Source: Lama guanicoe
Lineage: Eukaryota
Length of the DNA stretch: 64,000 nucleotides
Reading direction: 5' to 3'
NCBI GenBank assembly: GCA_013239625.1
Contig: MU053652.1
Coordinates: 1 to 64,000 of the forward strand
Below are positions 36,311-64,000 of the stretch, piece after piece. The notes below the pieces were generated by a model that worked only from the letters and a program-made list of their open reading frames with translations, ran no database searches and was not told where the DNA came from. Position numbers and translations under genes: made by a program. The number at the start of each line of letters is the position of its first letter. Within the stretch, counting starts at the first letter, position 1.

Positions 36311-38609
36311 TCCTTCATTTTAGAACATCTTTGCTCAGATACCCACTTTAAGGGTGGAGAGAATGATGCATACTTACGACTGAACAATGATGTGAATGTG
36401 ACACTCCTTTGATGAGACGGGCCCCCTGATCCAAGCTGCTCTACTTCACGCACTGGAAATGCCCGTGCAGTGTGAGGCTTCTGTATGGGGCCTCTGGAGT
36501 CATGCTGCCTCACTACCTGTCACCTTGTCATGTAAAACTCTGAGCACATTGTCGTTTACTTAAGTCATCTTAGCAGGACCCCTTTGTTGCATTTCTCTAG
36601 ATTTTACATTGCCCCCATAGAGTGGGACATTCTGCTCTCAGGGAATTCTTCAAAGGACAACATTCATTCTCTTTCACCCGCCTCCTCACTTACTCTTCTC
36701 TAAGGATGCTGGAGTGACTTAGTGAATTCAGGACTTTCCCTGAATTTGAATTGTGCACACTTGGAATAGCCTTTTCCAGATCTTCTCTCTCTCTGTACCT
36801 CAGAGAAAGAAAGCCTGTCTTCAAGTTGCAGACATTTTCCACCAGGTAAATGACCAACCTCTAAAAGGGAGACATGGTGGTCCAGCTTTGCATGGCGCTG
36901 GTGGGCACCTTTAATCCAGGGGGGCACATGATGGAGCTTGTCTGCAAAGTTCAAACCATATTCTCCAACTCAGATTTGTCGGAAACAAAGCTGATATTTT
37001 GATCTCTATTTGCCTGATTCTTGTGTCTATGGTTCAATTTATTCATAACTCAGGAAATGAAAAGCAGTCACCCTCAAACTCCAATAGAATGTGACTAATA
37101 CATATTGATAATTACTATGACTTTTGGTTGCCCGAGGATTTCCATACTAGGAACGTACGTTATGCAATTTTTCTGAATATCATGTAGTGTTCACTTGTCA
37201 AGCAAGTTCTGAGACTCTTAAAATGGGGAAATTGAACTTCCGTGTGGGAGGGTATTATATCAGTTTATGATTTGGGTAAATAGCTTTCTAAGCTCTACTA
37301 CAAGAGTAGCTCTCTTTGAGGTTTTTTTAAATGACTACTGAAGGGAGTTTTTTTGTGCAAATGTTGGCTTTTGTTTCCGCCTCTTGAAAATTAACATCTA
37401 TATATAGTCTTGGCATTGGCAATTCTACAAGGCTGATGCCTCTTCAATGCCAGAGTTAAATCAGGGCCAGCTCTGGGCACATGGCCCTAAATCAGCTTTA
37501 TGCAGATGATGGATGCCTGTTCATTGGACAAAAGCAGCCCTCTGAGAAAAGCCATATCACAGAGGGTTGAACAGTGAATCTCAGATTCAGACAGATACCT
37601 GCCTTAGACCCTGGCTCCATCTCACTCACTGTGATTTGTGGCACCTTTTAACCTTCTGTGCCTCACTTTCTTTTTTTTTTTACAAATTGAAGCAATAATA
37701 GTAACTATCTTCTAAGTTTCCTGTAGGGATTACTTAACATAACATTTGTTATGTGCTTGGACTAATGCTAGCATGAAGTAAAAACATTGGTTCTGAAGCC
37801 AGATTGCCTAATTCAACCTGCCACCTACTCAACGTCTGTAGGTTTTGATTTCCTCATCTTTAAAACTGGTATAACAATACTTCTTTGACTGATTAGGGTG
37901 CATAAGTGAGAACACCTGTGCAGAGTGCAAGCAAGTAACATAAATAAGGTGGAAGTTTACCTTTTTCAGTCATGAAAAGATGATTGGAGGAAAGCAGTCC
38001 AGACAGTTGCACTCTTCGAAGAATCTAGGCTCCTTCTATCCTGCTGCTCTATCCATGCTGTCTCACGATCCCAGCTGGCTGCTTGAGCTCCAGCCATTAT
38101 ATCCACATTCCAGGCAGCAGAAAGGAAGACGGGGCAAAGAAGGCACGGTATAACCCTTTGCTTAGCCACTAAGTTTACCAAGAAATGTTCTCTTAGAAAA
38201 TTCAATTCCCTTTGCTTGGTTAGCATGGAGCGAGAACATTTTCTCAACTATAATTTTACTTCCTATAAAATTTGCTGGGCATTTTTTTGCATTAATAATC
38301 AGAACAAATCACATAGTTTCAGAAAACATCTTCCCCTAAACTGCATGTGTGTTTAGGCACATTACAGTCTATGGGTTTATAGTGTTCATATTTGTCATTT
38401 ACATCCTGTGGCGACTGCTTTCTGATAATCTTAACCTTCTGGGGGTCAGAAACCCATTTTGAGGAACTAAAAGAAAGCTTTAAACCCTCTCCTGGAAAAA
38501 TTCACATAAAAACATACACTCCTAATTGAGCATGTAACGGATTTGTATTGCACAGAAAATGTATTTCTTTCTCAGAAATAGTATAAAAGTATGTACCATT
38601 ATTTATGAC

Positions 38610-38948
38610 TCATTCACCCTCATAAATGTTCAAGCTGGCAAATTGTTTGGACAATGGGCTTCCCTTTTCTCTTAACAAAAGAAGAAAACTGCCTCGAGTT
38701 TTCATCATGTGCTTGCAGAAGGCCTCTGCAAAGTCAGTGAGTTTCTTGGGAGTGGTGCTCCCGTTTCCTAACAAAACCTTGTGATTCCGATGGTGATTCA
38801 AAGCCCTGATTCTGATGAAACTGATGATGCCTGCAGCAGCAGACAAGACTTCTTTCAGGATTTTCGCAGAGTACTTGAAATTTATAATGAAATGTGGGGC
38901 CTCCTCAGAGACTAAAGGAGTCCCTCCCCCAGACACTCTCCATCCCAC
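38610..38948 (-). mobile_element. hAT-Charlie transposase fossil
   Basis: Peptide KILKEVLSAAAGIISFIRIRALNH...LLLLREKGSPLSKQF resembles the Charlie/Buster (ZBED5/GTF2IRD2-type) segment 'LKxVLxxxVKIVNFIRARxLNHR...LFLxEKxxPL'. Confidence 0.55.
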
Positions 38949-39929
38949 TATTCTGTTTTAACTCTTTCGATGTATAATCGCTATAGGAAATCATCATATT
39001 CATGTTTAATGAACTTACCCCTTTTGAAAATATCATATTAAAATCTTACTCATCATGATTACTGAGTTTTTTGGCACTGCGTTAAATTTTGAGCCTGAGG
39101 TGAGTGCCTCACTGGACTCACCCTAATCTTGGCCCTGGCAGTCAGGCAGTTTGGAATAGGTTGGAGGGTGGTAGGCAGGGAGTAGGAACTGGTTATTAAA
39201 CATTATTAACAGATCACTGCCAACAATCCTCATTGCCACAAACGCCTTGAATTTTATCCTCCATCTCTTCTCTGAATGTTGGTCGGTTTCAGGAACTTGC
39301 TGTAAGTGAAAACATGCACCCCCTGGAGGACAATGCTTCCCCTGCAGCTCTTGTAAGAGGTGGCAGTTTTTTCTCTGCCAGTTCTCACTCCACAGAGCCT
39401 AAAAGTGAGGTAAATATCCTCCTGGGGTACTGCAGCTTTTAGTTTCCTTCCTCTCTCAACATCTCAGATATTTTGAATTACATGTCATCAAACTGTAAGC
39501 CCCACTCTCCCTTCTACTGGCCTCAGGGTCACTCTTCCTCTCACATGGGAGATTTTACCACTTGTCACTACCCCTTCTGTAACCATTCTCGGTGACTTTC
39601 AATATCCATAGAATTCTTGGGGCCCCTGATAGCTCAGTTAGTTGACACCCTCAATTGTTATGGACTTTCTCTTTCTTTACTGTTACTAACAATAAATTTA
39701 CCATTAAATCTCAAATCTTAGCATTGCATCTTGACCAATACCTCTTACCCCATTTATTTCCTCTAACACTCATCCTTCATCAATTCCTTGATACCATGAA
39801 GACCTCTAATCCACTATCGTTGTCTCATATCACCGTCCATCACCCCCACCTGCCCTTGACAGTCAACATCCTCGCGTCCTCAATTTCCTCTTCACCCAGC
39901 ATAGAATCCAAGGTCTATCACAATCATTG

Positions 39930-41138
39930 CTCCGTGCATTTATGTTTAGTTGGCCAAAGGATTTTTTTCTGTTCCTGCCAATAAGGAAGATCAAAGGCAT
40001 TTTGCGTTCAAACAGAACAGACAAAGTATGCAGTTACAGATTTTCCCTGGGGCTAAGTTAACTGGCTTGTGTTTTGTCATAGTTCAAAGATATCCAGACC
40101 TCTGGACATTCCACATTGATCCACTCTACCAATAAAAGCATGCCAGTTGGGCTGTCTGAACAAGAAACAGCTAGCACATTGGAGACCCTGGAAAGAAACA
40201 TGCACTCCAGAGGGTGGGAAATAAACCCCACCAAGACTCAGGGTGCATGCCACATGAGTAAAATTTTTTGGGTCCAGTGGTTGGGGCATTCTGGGACATT
40301 CCACCCAAGTAAAGGAAAGGATAAATTATTGCACCTTGCAACTACCATAATGAAGGCGCTTTTTCCAGGGGAAACAGCAAGAGTGACATTAAATTATAAG
40401 CTCTGACTGTTGTCTGGGTAATTGGGGCATCTCATGCCAGAGGACAAGCAAGCAAGAAGAGTTATTGTCCTGGCAGTTGTAACTGACTTTGATCAGTGAG
40501 AGGAGGTAGGGTGCTCCCTTGTCCCATTATAACTGAGTGGCTGTGTGTGGCAATCCCAGAATGAGGAGGATATGATTATCAAGGTGTGGGTCACACCACT
40601 ATGTAAGTCCTCAAGACCTTCTGAGTTCCTGCTGGGAGTGAGGGGAATTTCAAATGGAAAGTGGAGGAGGGAGAGGGTGAGATCGAGTTGTGGCCCTGAC
40701 ACCAATGGCAGCGCAGTGGCTGCAGTCCACCCTATTAACGAGTGCAGGTGCCTGGGCGTAGGGAGTGCTGCCCCAGCACATAGTCCTGTTGGCGTATGGC
40801 CTTCAGCAATCAGACCCTTCAGATACTGTCTCAGCTATGGACCACCACCTTGTCCAACATCACACCCCTTCCAGGGGTGACACACATCCAATTCCTGATT
40901 GATTTTTGTGGTATGCTTTGAATATCTGGCCATCTCAGTGCAACTGGGGACATCTCCAATGGGCCATTATAGCACCAGAGCTCCCTGGACGGTTGGCCAA
41001 GGCTGCTGTTGGGCCTGCATGGAAACCTGACTTCTCCCTCGGCCCACTCCTACTCCAGTCCCTTCTCTTTCACGAGTGTTCATCCTGCAGGCTCAATTCC
41101 ATCCCAGGGTCTGATTCCTGGAGAACCCAACCTGTGAC
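39930..41138 (+). mobile_element. ERVL internal remnant (RT, dUTPase and 3' pol fragments) plus LTR16-like LTR (~40740-41138), inside an L2
   Basis: Peptides AKGFFSVPANKEDQRHFAF and SRGWEINPTKTQG...KDKLLHLA (RT region), PGETARVTLNYKL (dUTPase-like) and KVWVTP. The LTR ends TTCCTGGAGAACCCAACCTGTGACA. Confidence 0.8.
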
Positions 41139-43780
41139 ACCAGCCAAGACCAAGCCACCATCTTCTCCCCCTAGACCACTTCAGTAGGGCCACTAACTGG
41201 GCTCCTTCCTTCCCTTCTGACACTCCTGAATCTATTCCACACATTGCAGCAAGAACAACCCTTTTAACGTGTACATCAGATCATGATACTCCACTGTTAA
41301 AGACCTTCCGATGACTTCCTGTCACATTCGGAAAAAAACTTGACACTTTGTGATGACCCTTCGAGGCTCTACATAATCTGACCCGTGGTTGCCTCTCCCA
41401 TTTTAGCTTCAGCTCACTCTCTCTGCTTTACCCACACAGGCCTCCTTGCTTCTCTACCACTACCTCCCCTCCACCTGGTTCCCCTCCCCCGCCCCACCTA
41501 TATACACTCAAAGCAACTCGACCACCCTCCGGGGCCACGCAGACCTCTTCTCACCTGCTGGAATGTGTCTCTCTGGGTGTGCACAGGGCTCACACTCTCT
41601 CCATCACCTCCTTATCACCTCCTTTGTTTTCATCATGTGGTTTATCATTACCTGGCCAGATAGTACATTAACGTGTTTTTTAGGGATGTTTACTATCTGT
41701 CTCTCTGGCTAGAAAGGATGCTGCATATGATCAGAGACTTCCTGTTTACTTCTGTAATCCCAGGACCTAAAACGTACCTGTTGGCATCAAATATCAGTAA
41801 ATATTTAGTGGATATATGAATGAATTTGTTGAATAAATACACCTCCTCCATAAAGATGTCAAACTTGCTAATACCACATGTGCTTTATCTGTGCACAGAG
41901 ATGTTTTCTTTTAGTAGATCTTCTAGCAAAGGTATGGGTCTGGCCTTTGAGGATGAAACCGGGCCTGGCAGCAAGGATTTTATCAGTCATCTCATCCAAG
42001 TCCGTGCAGATGGAGTATGACAAGCTGCCTGAAAATACCAGAACCTGTAACAGCAATTCTGTAGGTTCACTGACCTGCCCCCTCCCACTGCCTCCAAAAC
42101 CAGGACCCCAGATAAATGAGGAGCCCCTTCAGTCTCACCAGTAACCAATTTCTAAATCAGAGTATAGGAGACTTATTTATTTGCACTATGAGATCAGAAT
42201 TCCCCTGCAGGGATGTATGGGTAAGTCTCTCCTCTTGCCACATGCATCAAGTCCTCTCGCTCAGAAAGGAGAAGCCACAGGCAGCAGCGGTCCTCAGCCA
42301 CAGAGCGACCACATTTCAGTGTGCTCCAACAGCTGTGAGCGGTGTTACAGTCATTGGCATCTAGTGACAAAGAAATCATTAATGCTGTAGGCATTTCTTA
42401 CGAAGTAATCTCTGTTAGACTGCCTCCCTCACACATCTGCTCACTCTTAGGCGTTTTGACTGGAAGAAAAAGGGTGGGGTCACTGCTGCAGGGGAGAGGA
42501 ATTGTGCAGGAGCCCACAGACCCTCGCACACCTGCTCTCACGCATGCGCAGTCAGAGTGTGGCCGACACAGGTGATCGCGGTGTGGGTGATGATTATTCT
42601 GTGCAAATAATTCCACCTCTGTGGGCTGTTTCCTTTTTATTTTGAGGCTCTTAGGCAGTGTGAGGTGAGTGAGGCTGCCTCTATGCAGAATTTAAAAGAG
42701 AAGGGCACCAGAAATCTCAGTAATTGAGACAGGTTATACTTTAATGCAACATTTAAAAAATCTAAATGCCAAAAGAAATCCATGATGAACAAAATATCGA
42801 AATTTTAAAAGAAGGCCACTTATTAACTTCTTGGTCTTAGGCAAATTAATATTACCAAACCTCAGTTTCTTAAAAAGCCCCAAATGGGAAAGGAATGGAA
42901 TCAGTTGTCTTAATCAGGAAGGTATAAGGATCAAGTCAGACAATGGGTTTAAACAGCTTGATACATGGAAGACACACAGAAAAGAGTGGTTGATACAATA
43001 CAAGAATTTACTAAACAGCTGTGCTAAAAGTGACAAAATGTTCGCTTATCTCTCTCCTCTTTTTGCTATTCTGCAGTATCTATGAAGAAGGTTAATATTG
43101 ACAGTTCTCCCCCAATGATGTTTGCCATCTAAACTTCATCTCGCAAACAAACATAAATAAATATTGACACAGCTCCCCAGTAGATCAATTCCCTGAGTCT
43201 CCATGGTCCATCCCACTCTGTGACTGGGGCTGAAGCCTCTGTCCTCTTCATATGATTCCACACTCTTTCCCTTTTGCCTCTCTCTGCTTCCTGCATCCAA
43301 AGGACCAACCACGGGTGTTCTCATTCCAAAAAGATGATTGCTCATCTGAGGGGACCAAAGGATGGAGCAGGCAGAGGTGGGGAGAAGGATGCTTTTGATG
43401 GCACGATAGGAATGCTCTCCCTTGGGTTTCTCCTGGCACTGCTGTCATCAGGTGCCTGGTGTGTGGTTCTCATGGTTTTCCTGCTACCTGAAATGAGGAG
43501 TAGTGACGAGGCCATGGGGTGGGTGGAGGGCGGAGTCTTCCAAACTGGAGGCCATGACCCAAGAGTGGATCACAAAATCATTTATCATGGAACCATGAGT
43601 GAATCAGGGTAGAAATCCATACTAGAAAAAGAAAACAAAACAAAACATGCAATATCAGAGTATGCCACACATAATTAGGATGAGAATTATTCTGTAGATC
43701 TTTTGTTTCTATTATATATTCATATAGGTCACAGGTAACCTACTTCTTACTGTTAAGTCACAATAAAATAACTTGAAAGC

Positions 43781-43908
43781 TGGGGGGGGAAGGGTATAGC
43801 TCAGTGGTAAAGTGCATGCTTAGCATGCACGAGGTCCTGGGTTCACTCTCCAGTACATCCATTAATAAATAAATAAATAGCTTAACCCCCCCTCCCCCAC
43901 AAAACCCC
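43781..43908 (+). mobile_element. tRNA-Ala-derived SINE (Vic-1-like), inserted in a hAT-Charlie-like element (~43530-43927)
   Basis: GGGTATAGCTCAGTGGTAAAGTGCATGCTTAGCATGCACGAGGTCCTGGGTTCA with an (AAAT)n tail. TSD ATAACTTGAAAGC at 43768-43780 and 43909-43921. Confidence 0.9.
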
Positions 43909-45747
43909 ATAACTTGAAAGCCACTGGTGTAGTCATTTGGGTGCTACAGTCAAACTCCTTAGGTTTAAATCTCGACCATGCCACTTACTTGTTATGAGAC
44001 CTTAGCAATTTACTTCTCTTCTCTGTGCCTTGGTTTCCTCGTCGGTAAAACTGATGAATAATATTATCCACGGCAAAGAATGGTTATGCAGATTAAATTA
44101 TTTAACACGTGTAATGCTTGTAGAATAGCGCCAGGCACCCAGTAAGCTCACCAGAAGTTAGCTATTTTATTATCATTATCAGCAGCAGCACCTTCATATG
44201 ATGTATGTAAAGGGCCTAAAATGGTGCCTGAAACATAATGAGGGCTCAATAGCTGTTTGTGGTTGTGGAAGAGACTTCTGTTGCTTACTATGTTCAGCTA
44301 TGTTCCGTCCTCCTCTGCTTTCTGGCACACAGGGAGAAGACACGTCCCCATCTCAGTGAAGACAGAGGCAGGGCTTTGCAACTAGGTCTGCCCAATAAAT
44401 TGTAGATGGAAGTGATGTGTGCCACCTCCAGGCCTGAGCAATTCATTGCTCACTGGAGACTCTCCATTGCTCTTTTGCTCCCCTGAGGCAAACCCTGAAG
44501 ACTTGGGTTAGGGCAACAGTGGAAAAATGTGGTCGTTCTAGCCTGGGGTCCTTGAGAGATTCTGAATCCTAGCCTACTGCCTCCTTTCACCTCCACCAGC
44601 CTGTGTGGACAGGTAGCATGTAACCTTTGTATGTCTGTTGACAACAGCTTTATTGAGCCATAATTCATGTGCCATAATATTCATCCTATTAAAGTATACA
44701 ATTTGGTAGTTTTTCATATATTTCCAGTTACACCAGATTTCTTAGGACCTTGAAATCCAAGCTAAAGAGTTTAAATTTTATCCTATAGAAATTGAAGAGT
44801 TCATAGGAAACAGTCTTTTAGTTGCAAAATGTGTTCATTAATGAAATAATCTGACAAATAGTATTCCCCATTACCTTTGGCTTCTTCCTACCTTTCCCAT
44901 ATGTTACATGTTGTTTTTTCATGTTTATAATCATGTCCCATTTATGACTTTGTTTTCTACTTTCACCTTAGCGTTATTTCATAGATCTATTTCTCTATAT
45001 CTAGATTGTCTTCATTTTTAATGGCTATACCTTACTTATCTCTTGCTATCGTTGAACAGTTAGTTTTACTTTCTCTGTATAGTACTGTTTTTCGTATATA
45101 CACCTGAGCGTGTGTGTGGGCGTACGTGTGTGTGTTCCTTTTAAATTATTTCCTCAGGATGAGATTATTGGTTCTTATGGCAGGATTACTGGTTCAGGGT
45201 TCATTAAGATTCGTATTGCTCTTGATAGGAATTGATAGAATGTTTCTGAGAAGAATTTCATTGATTTTTTTCTCAGCATAATTTTGATATGTGCACAATG
45301 GCATTTTACAAAGATTACAGAGGCACTGGGGCAGTTGGGAGACTACCACAAAAGTACGTCCCAACTGTAGTACTTTTGTTGCTGTAGAAAATACACAGAT
45401 CTGACTTTTCATATTTGATAACCCAGTTAGAATATGCCATTTTTAGCCAGGTACACCTTCATGCAGTCAACTCCTAAACTCAATCATCGTAGACACAACT
45501 TCAAAACCATTCATACTGAATCTATGTCCCTAACAAATGAGCAACCTGGTCATTCAAGGTATATAATTTTTCCACGAGACTAACCCTTTGGAGCAATCTC
45601 TATGTCAGTAGAGATCTTATATGTGGTGGCTTGCTGCTATTTTGCCACAAATCAAGGTCCCAGCTTTAGGCTCAAATTAAAACTCTACTTTTGGGGACAA
45701 ATAGTATCAGAATTTGCCTACTAACAACAGTTTTTATAAAAGTCAAA

Positions 45748-45866
45748 TGGAAAAATCTCTGGGCTAGTTTGTTTTGTACAAATTTTTCCTAGGGGGAGCA
45801 CTTTTTAGAAGTCACTAAATGGAAAACTACCAGAATGGAGTTTAGGGAGGTCTGGTTCCTGAGTCA
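45748..45866 (+). promoter_or_regulatory. AKR1B1: AKR1B1 osmotic-response enhancer: OreA, OreB (reverse, variant), OreC (NFAT5/TonEBP) and AP-1
   Basis: TGGAAAAATCT 45748-45758; AAATTTTTCCT 45780-45790; TGGAAAACTAC 45820-45830; TGAGTCA 45860-45866. Order, orientation and position (~1.1 kb upstream) agree with the known mammalian aldose reductase enhancer. Confidence 0.9.
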
Positions 45867-46731
45867 TGACAGGGTAGATATAGTTTCTTGCATAATTAGG
45901 TGAAAGATTGGAAGGTGATGGAGCAGAAAAAGCAAGTTTGGGGTAGGGTACAGGATTATGGAGAGAGGTTGTTGGAAAGAAACCAAAATTGTCTTCAAAG
46001 CTCTTCCAGCGACTTTCCTTTGGTTATACTGGAAAACACTGTGTTTTCCTGCCTGCCAATTAGGACCGATTAATCCATTACTTAGCACTTCCTAATTTAG
46101 AATACTTGAAGTTATAAAATTAAAGTTAACTTTTCTTTTGTGGGTTTCTGCCTTATTCATCTAGAGAGGTTTGCTAACTTACCGTGTATTAAATTTGAGG
46201 CTTTGATAGAGTCTCACATTCCAAAGACTGTCTTCTGTGTCTTCTGGATCAAGTTCATCAGGGCTTCCTAACTTCAAGAGATGCTGGCTTTTGGAGGAAG
46301 GCTTGTTGAACCACACTCAGTGTGTACAGACGCAGCACACGGAGGGTGGAGGGTAAAGATAGCGCCAAGAGGGTACATACAGGCTGGACAAACCCAAACC
46401 TCAAGATGATGTTGTGAAACCAAGATTGCAACTCCTTTCTCTGGCGTACACCTTTCTTAAAGCAAAGTGCGCTAAGCTATAGCAGTAGCGCGCTGGTGTG
46501 TTCCTACAAACTAAGGACCGGACATTGGTCAGTTTCCCAAAGAGCACGATATTGGGCTTGAATAGACAAACGTTTCCTTCTGGGCTCTTTTTAAAAATGA
46601 AACCAAAAATCCTTCCCAGGCTACTTATTTAAAGGAGATATGTTATTTTTGCTAAAGTATTCGCGTTTCCACGATCCACAGCTGTTGGCGGAGTCAGCGG
46701 GGCTCGATGGAGCGTGGGAGAGTGATCCCAG

Positions 46732-46901
46732 CGGAAAAAATCCGGTGCCACTAGGACCTAGGGGAGGAGCGTCCCTGCGGAGACCCCCGGGCTAGCCGTG
46801 GCGCGGCATCCTCGGCGCGGGCCGGCCAATCAGAAGCCGCCTTTGCGTAGCCCGGCGCCTCTCGTACCCGCCCCTTCTGCGGGCCTCACGGGCTACTTAA
46901 A
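46732..46901 (+). promoter_or_regulatory. AKR1B1: AKR1B1 core promoter: ETS/GABP-like CGGAAA, CCAAT box, GC box, TATA-like box
   Basis: CGGAAA 46732-46737; CCAAT 46826-46830 (GGCCAATCAG); CCCGCCCC 46867-46874; TACTTAAA 46894-46901, ending 62 bp before the ATG. Confidence 0.8.
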
Positions 46902-46962
46902 GGACCGCGCTGCAGCTGAGGCGGCGTGGTCCTCCGGCCCGGGTCTGCTGCGATCAGTAGTC

Positions 46963-62666
<15,704 letters not shown>

Positions 62667-62994
62667 AGCTGCGGGTGCTGGCCCTTCCCCAGGTGCGCTG
62701 GTTCCCGCTCGTTTTTCCCATGTGTAGTACAGCTTGGCCTTTCTCCGTCAACGGTGGGTCAGCAGCTTACAGACAAACCAGCGGGGGCCTGGCCAGCTTG
62801 GCGTCGGGGCCGAGGAGCAGCAGCAGTAGATTAGAGTCTCCTCAGTTTTCCTTGCCCTTCTTGTCCAGCTGCGGAGACTGCAACCTGAATACCCTTTTCT
62901 AAGTTGAATTTACAGAGTCAAAATAGTGCCTCTAACAGTTGGATTTTGACTGCTTGAAGCTGTAATCGTTTCAGTTAGACTTTTCCTTGCCTCA

Positions 62995-63000
62995 AATAAA
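62995..63000 (+). terminator. AKR1B1: AKR1B1 polyadenylation signal
   Basis: AATAAA about 330 nt after the stop, followed by a GU/U-rich element (TTTGTTTTGGTTTGTTG ~63031-63047). Confidence 0.85.
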
Positions 63001-63527
63001 AAGTGCTTTTTTGAATTTGATGCTGTTCATTTTGTTTTGGTTTGTTGAAACAGTACACCGCCTTCTGTCCCCCTCAGCCTTCCTGCTGGTGATAGCCATA
63101 GAGCCGGCCGCTCAGCTCTGCAGCAGGAGGGAAGACTTGGCGTCTTTCCTTTCGGGGGGACCCCTCCCTCACCCCAGCACTTCACCCATTCAGTTTTTGG
63201 GTGCGGGGTCTCATCAGAGACACCTGGGGGCCTTCAAGTGCTAGTGTGTCTGGTCCTCATCCCTGGAAACTGATCTGATTGGTCCAGGACAGCAAGAGTT
63301 TGCAGGATCTCTGGGTGCTTCTGATGTGCAGCCAGGGTGAGAGCCACAGCTCTGCAGGGCCGGGCCCGGACACAAGCCCGTTCATAATTTCACAGATTGC
63401 TTGGTGATTCCTCCTGCCTGTGAAGGCCAGGGTCCTTTGGTTGCTAGTACTACACAGCACCCTCACAAGGAACTGCTTTCCTAAAGCTCATTGTCTGGAC
63501 CAGAGGGAAGAAATGCATCAATAACGG

Positions 63528-63705
63528 GTATCAGCTTGGGCCACCATAACAAAATACTATAGACTGGGAGGTTTGAACAACAGAAATGTGTTTCTCACAG
63601 TTCTGGGGAGGCCTGAAGTCCAACGTGAGGGTGCCAGCAGGGTTGGGTGCTTAGGAGGGCCCTCTTTGTGGCTGTGGACAGCCGCCTGCCTGTGTCTTCA
63701 AGTGA
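63528..63705 (-). mobile_element. MLT1-type LTR fragment
   Basis: CCATAACAAAATACTATAGACTGGGAGGTTTGAACAACAGAAATGTGTTTCTCACAGTTCTGG. Confidence 0.75.
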
Positions 63706-64000
63706 CTAAGAGATGGGTGAATGCCTTAAGTAGGGTTATAAGAGTAAAGGCCCTTTATTTTTCAAAATGTTGCTGCTTTTTAAAAAATTAATGTTTTCTT
63801 ACCCAAAATTAAACTGACAAAAGGCCAGGAAGGGGATGTTGAGCTGAGGTTTTAGAAAGACAAGTCGCCTCACTCCTGCTTTGTTTGTGGATGATCATAG
63901 CCCGTTACTAAGTGACATCTGCTTTCCAGGTCATCCGTGTGTGAGATACATCCCAAGTGTGTTTGGTTGGGCGACACTGGTTGTAGGGCCTCAGCCCAGG

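Noticed and set aside
10778..44530. Isolated TonE consensus matches (10778, 38493, 44520)
   Set aside because: Single degenerate 11-mers inside repeats, expected by chance.
1..45000. AKR1B10/AKR1B15 exons or an AKR pseudogene in the upstream region
   Set aside because: No AKR-like peptide seen in the ORF track or by eye; a tBLASTn with AKR1B10 would settle it.

Overview
Mammalian genomic DNA, most likely a camelid, judged from two tRNA-Ala-derived Vic-1-type SINEs. The right third holds one complete, intact 10-exon gene on the + strand, AKR1B1 (aldose reductase). Its CDS is join(46963..47028,54658..54825,55505..55621,56582..56659,56966..57088,57616..57722,57995..58076,58582..58665,60407..60489,62624..62666), 951 nt, 316 aa, and all introns are GT-AG. 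The gene has a CpG-island promoter (CCAAT, GC box, variant TATA), an osmotic-response enhancer about 1.1 kb upstream (OreA/B/C plus AP-1) and a poly(A) signal at 62995. The left ~45 kb is intergenic and repeat-rich: L1, L2, MIR, MLT, ERV1 LTRs, a truncated ERV1-like provirus, an ERVL/LTR16 fossil and hAT elements. It also has a near-perfect ~2.4 kb tandem duplication at the window start and a 19-N assembly gap. I found no evidence of a novel multi-gene system, and nearly all short ORFs in the track are noise. The most interesting signals are changes in AKR1B1 regulatory motifs, two locally templated insertions, a target site hit twice by retrotransposons, a divergent CTCF pair and a hAT transposase fossil ORF. 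Repeat family names and human comparisons come from recall and by-eye recognition, not from searches.
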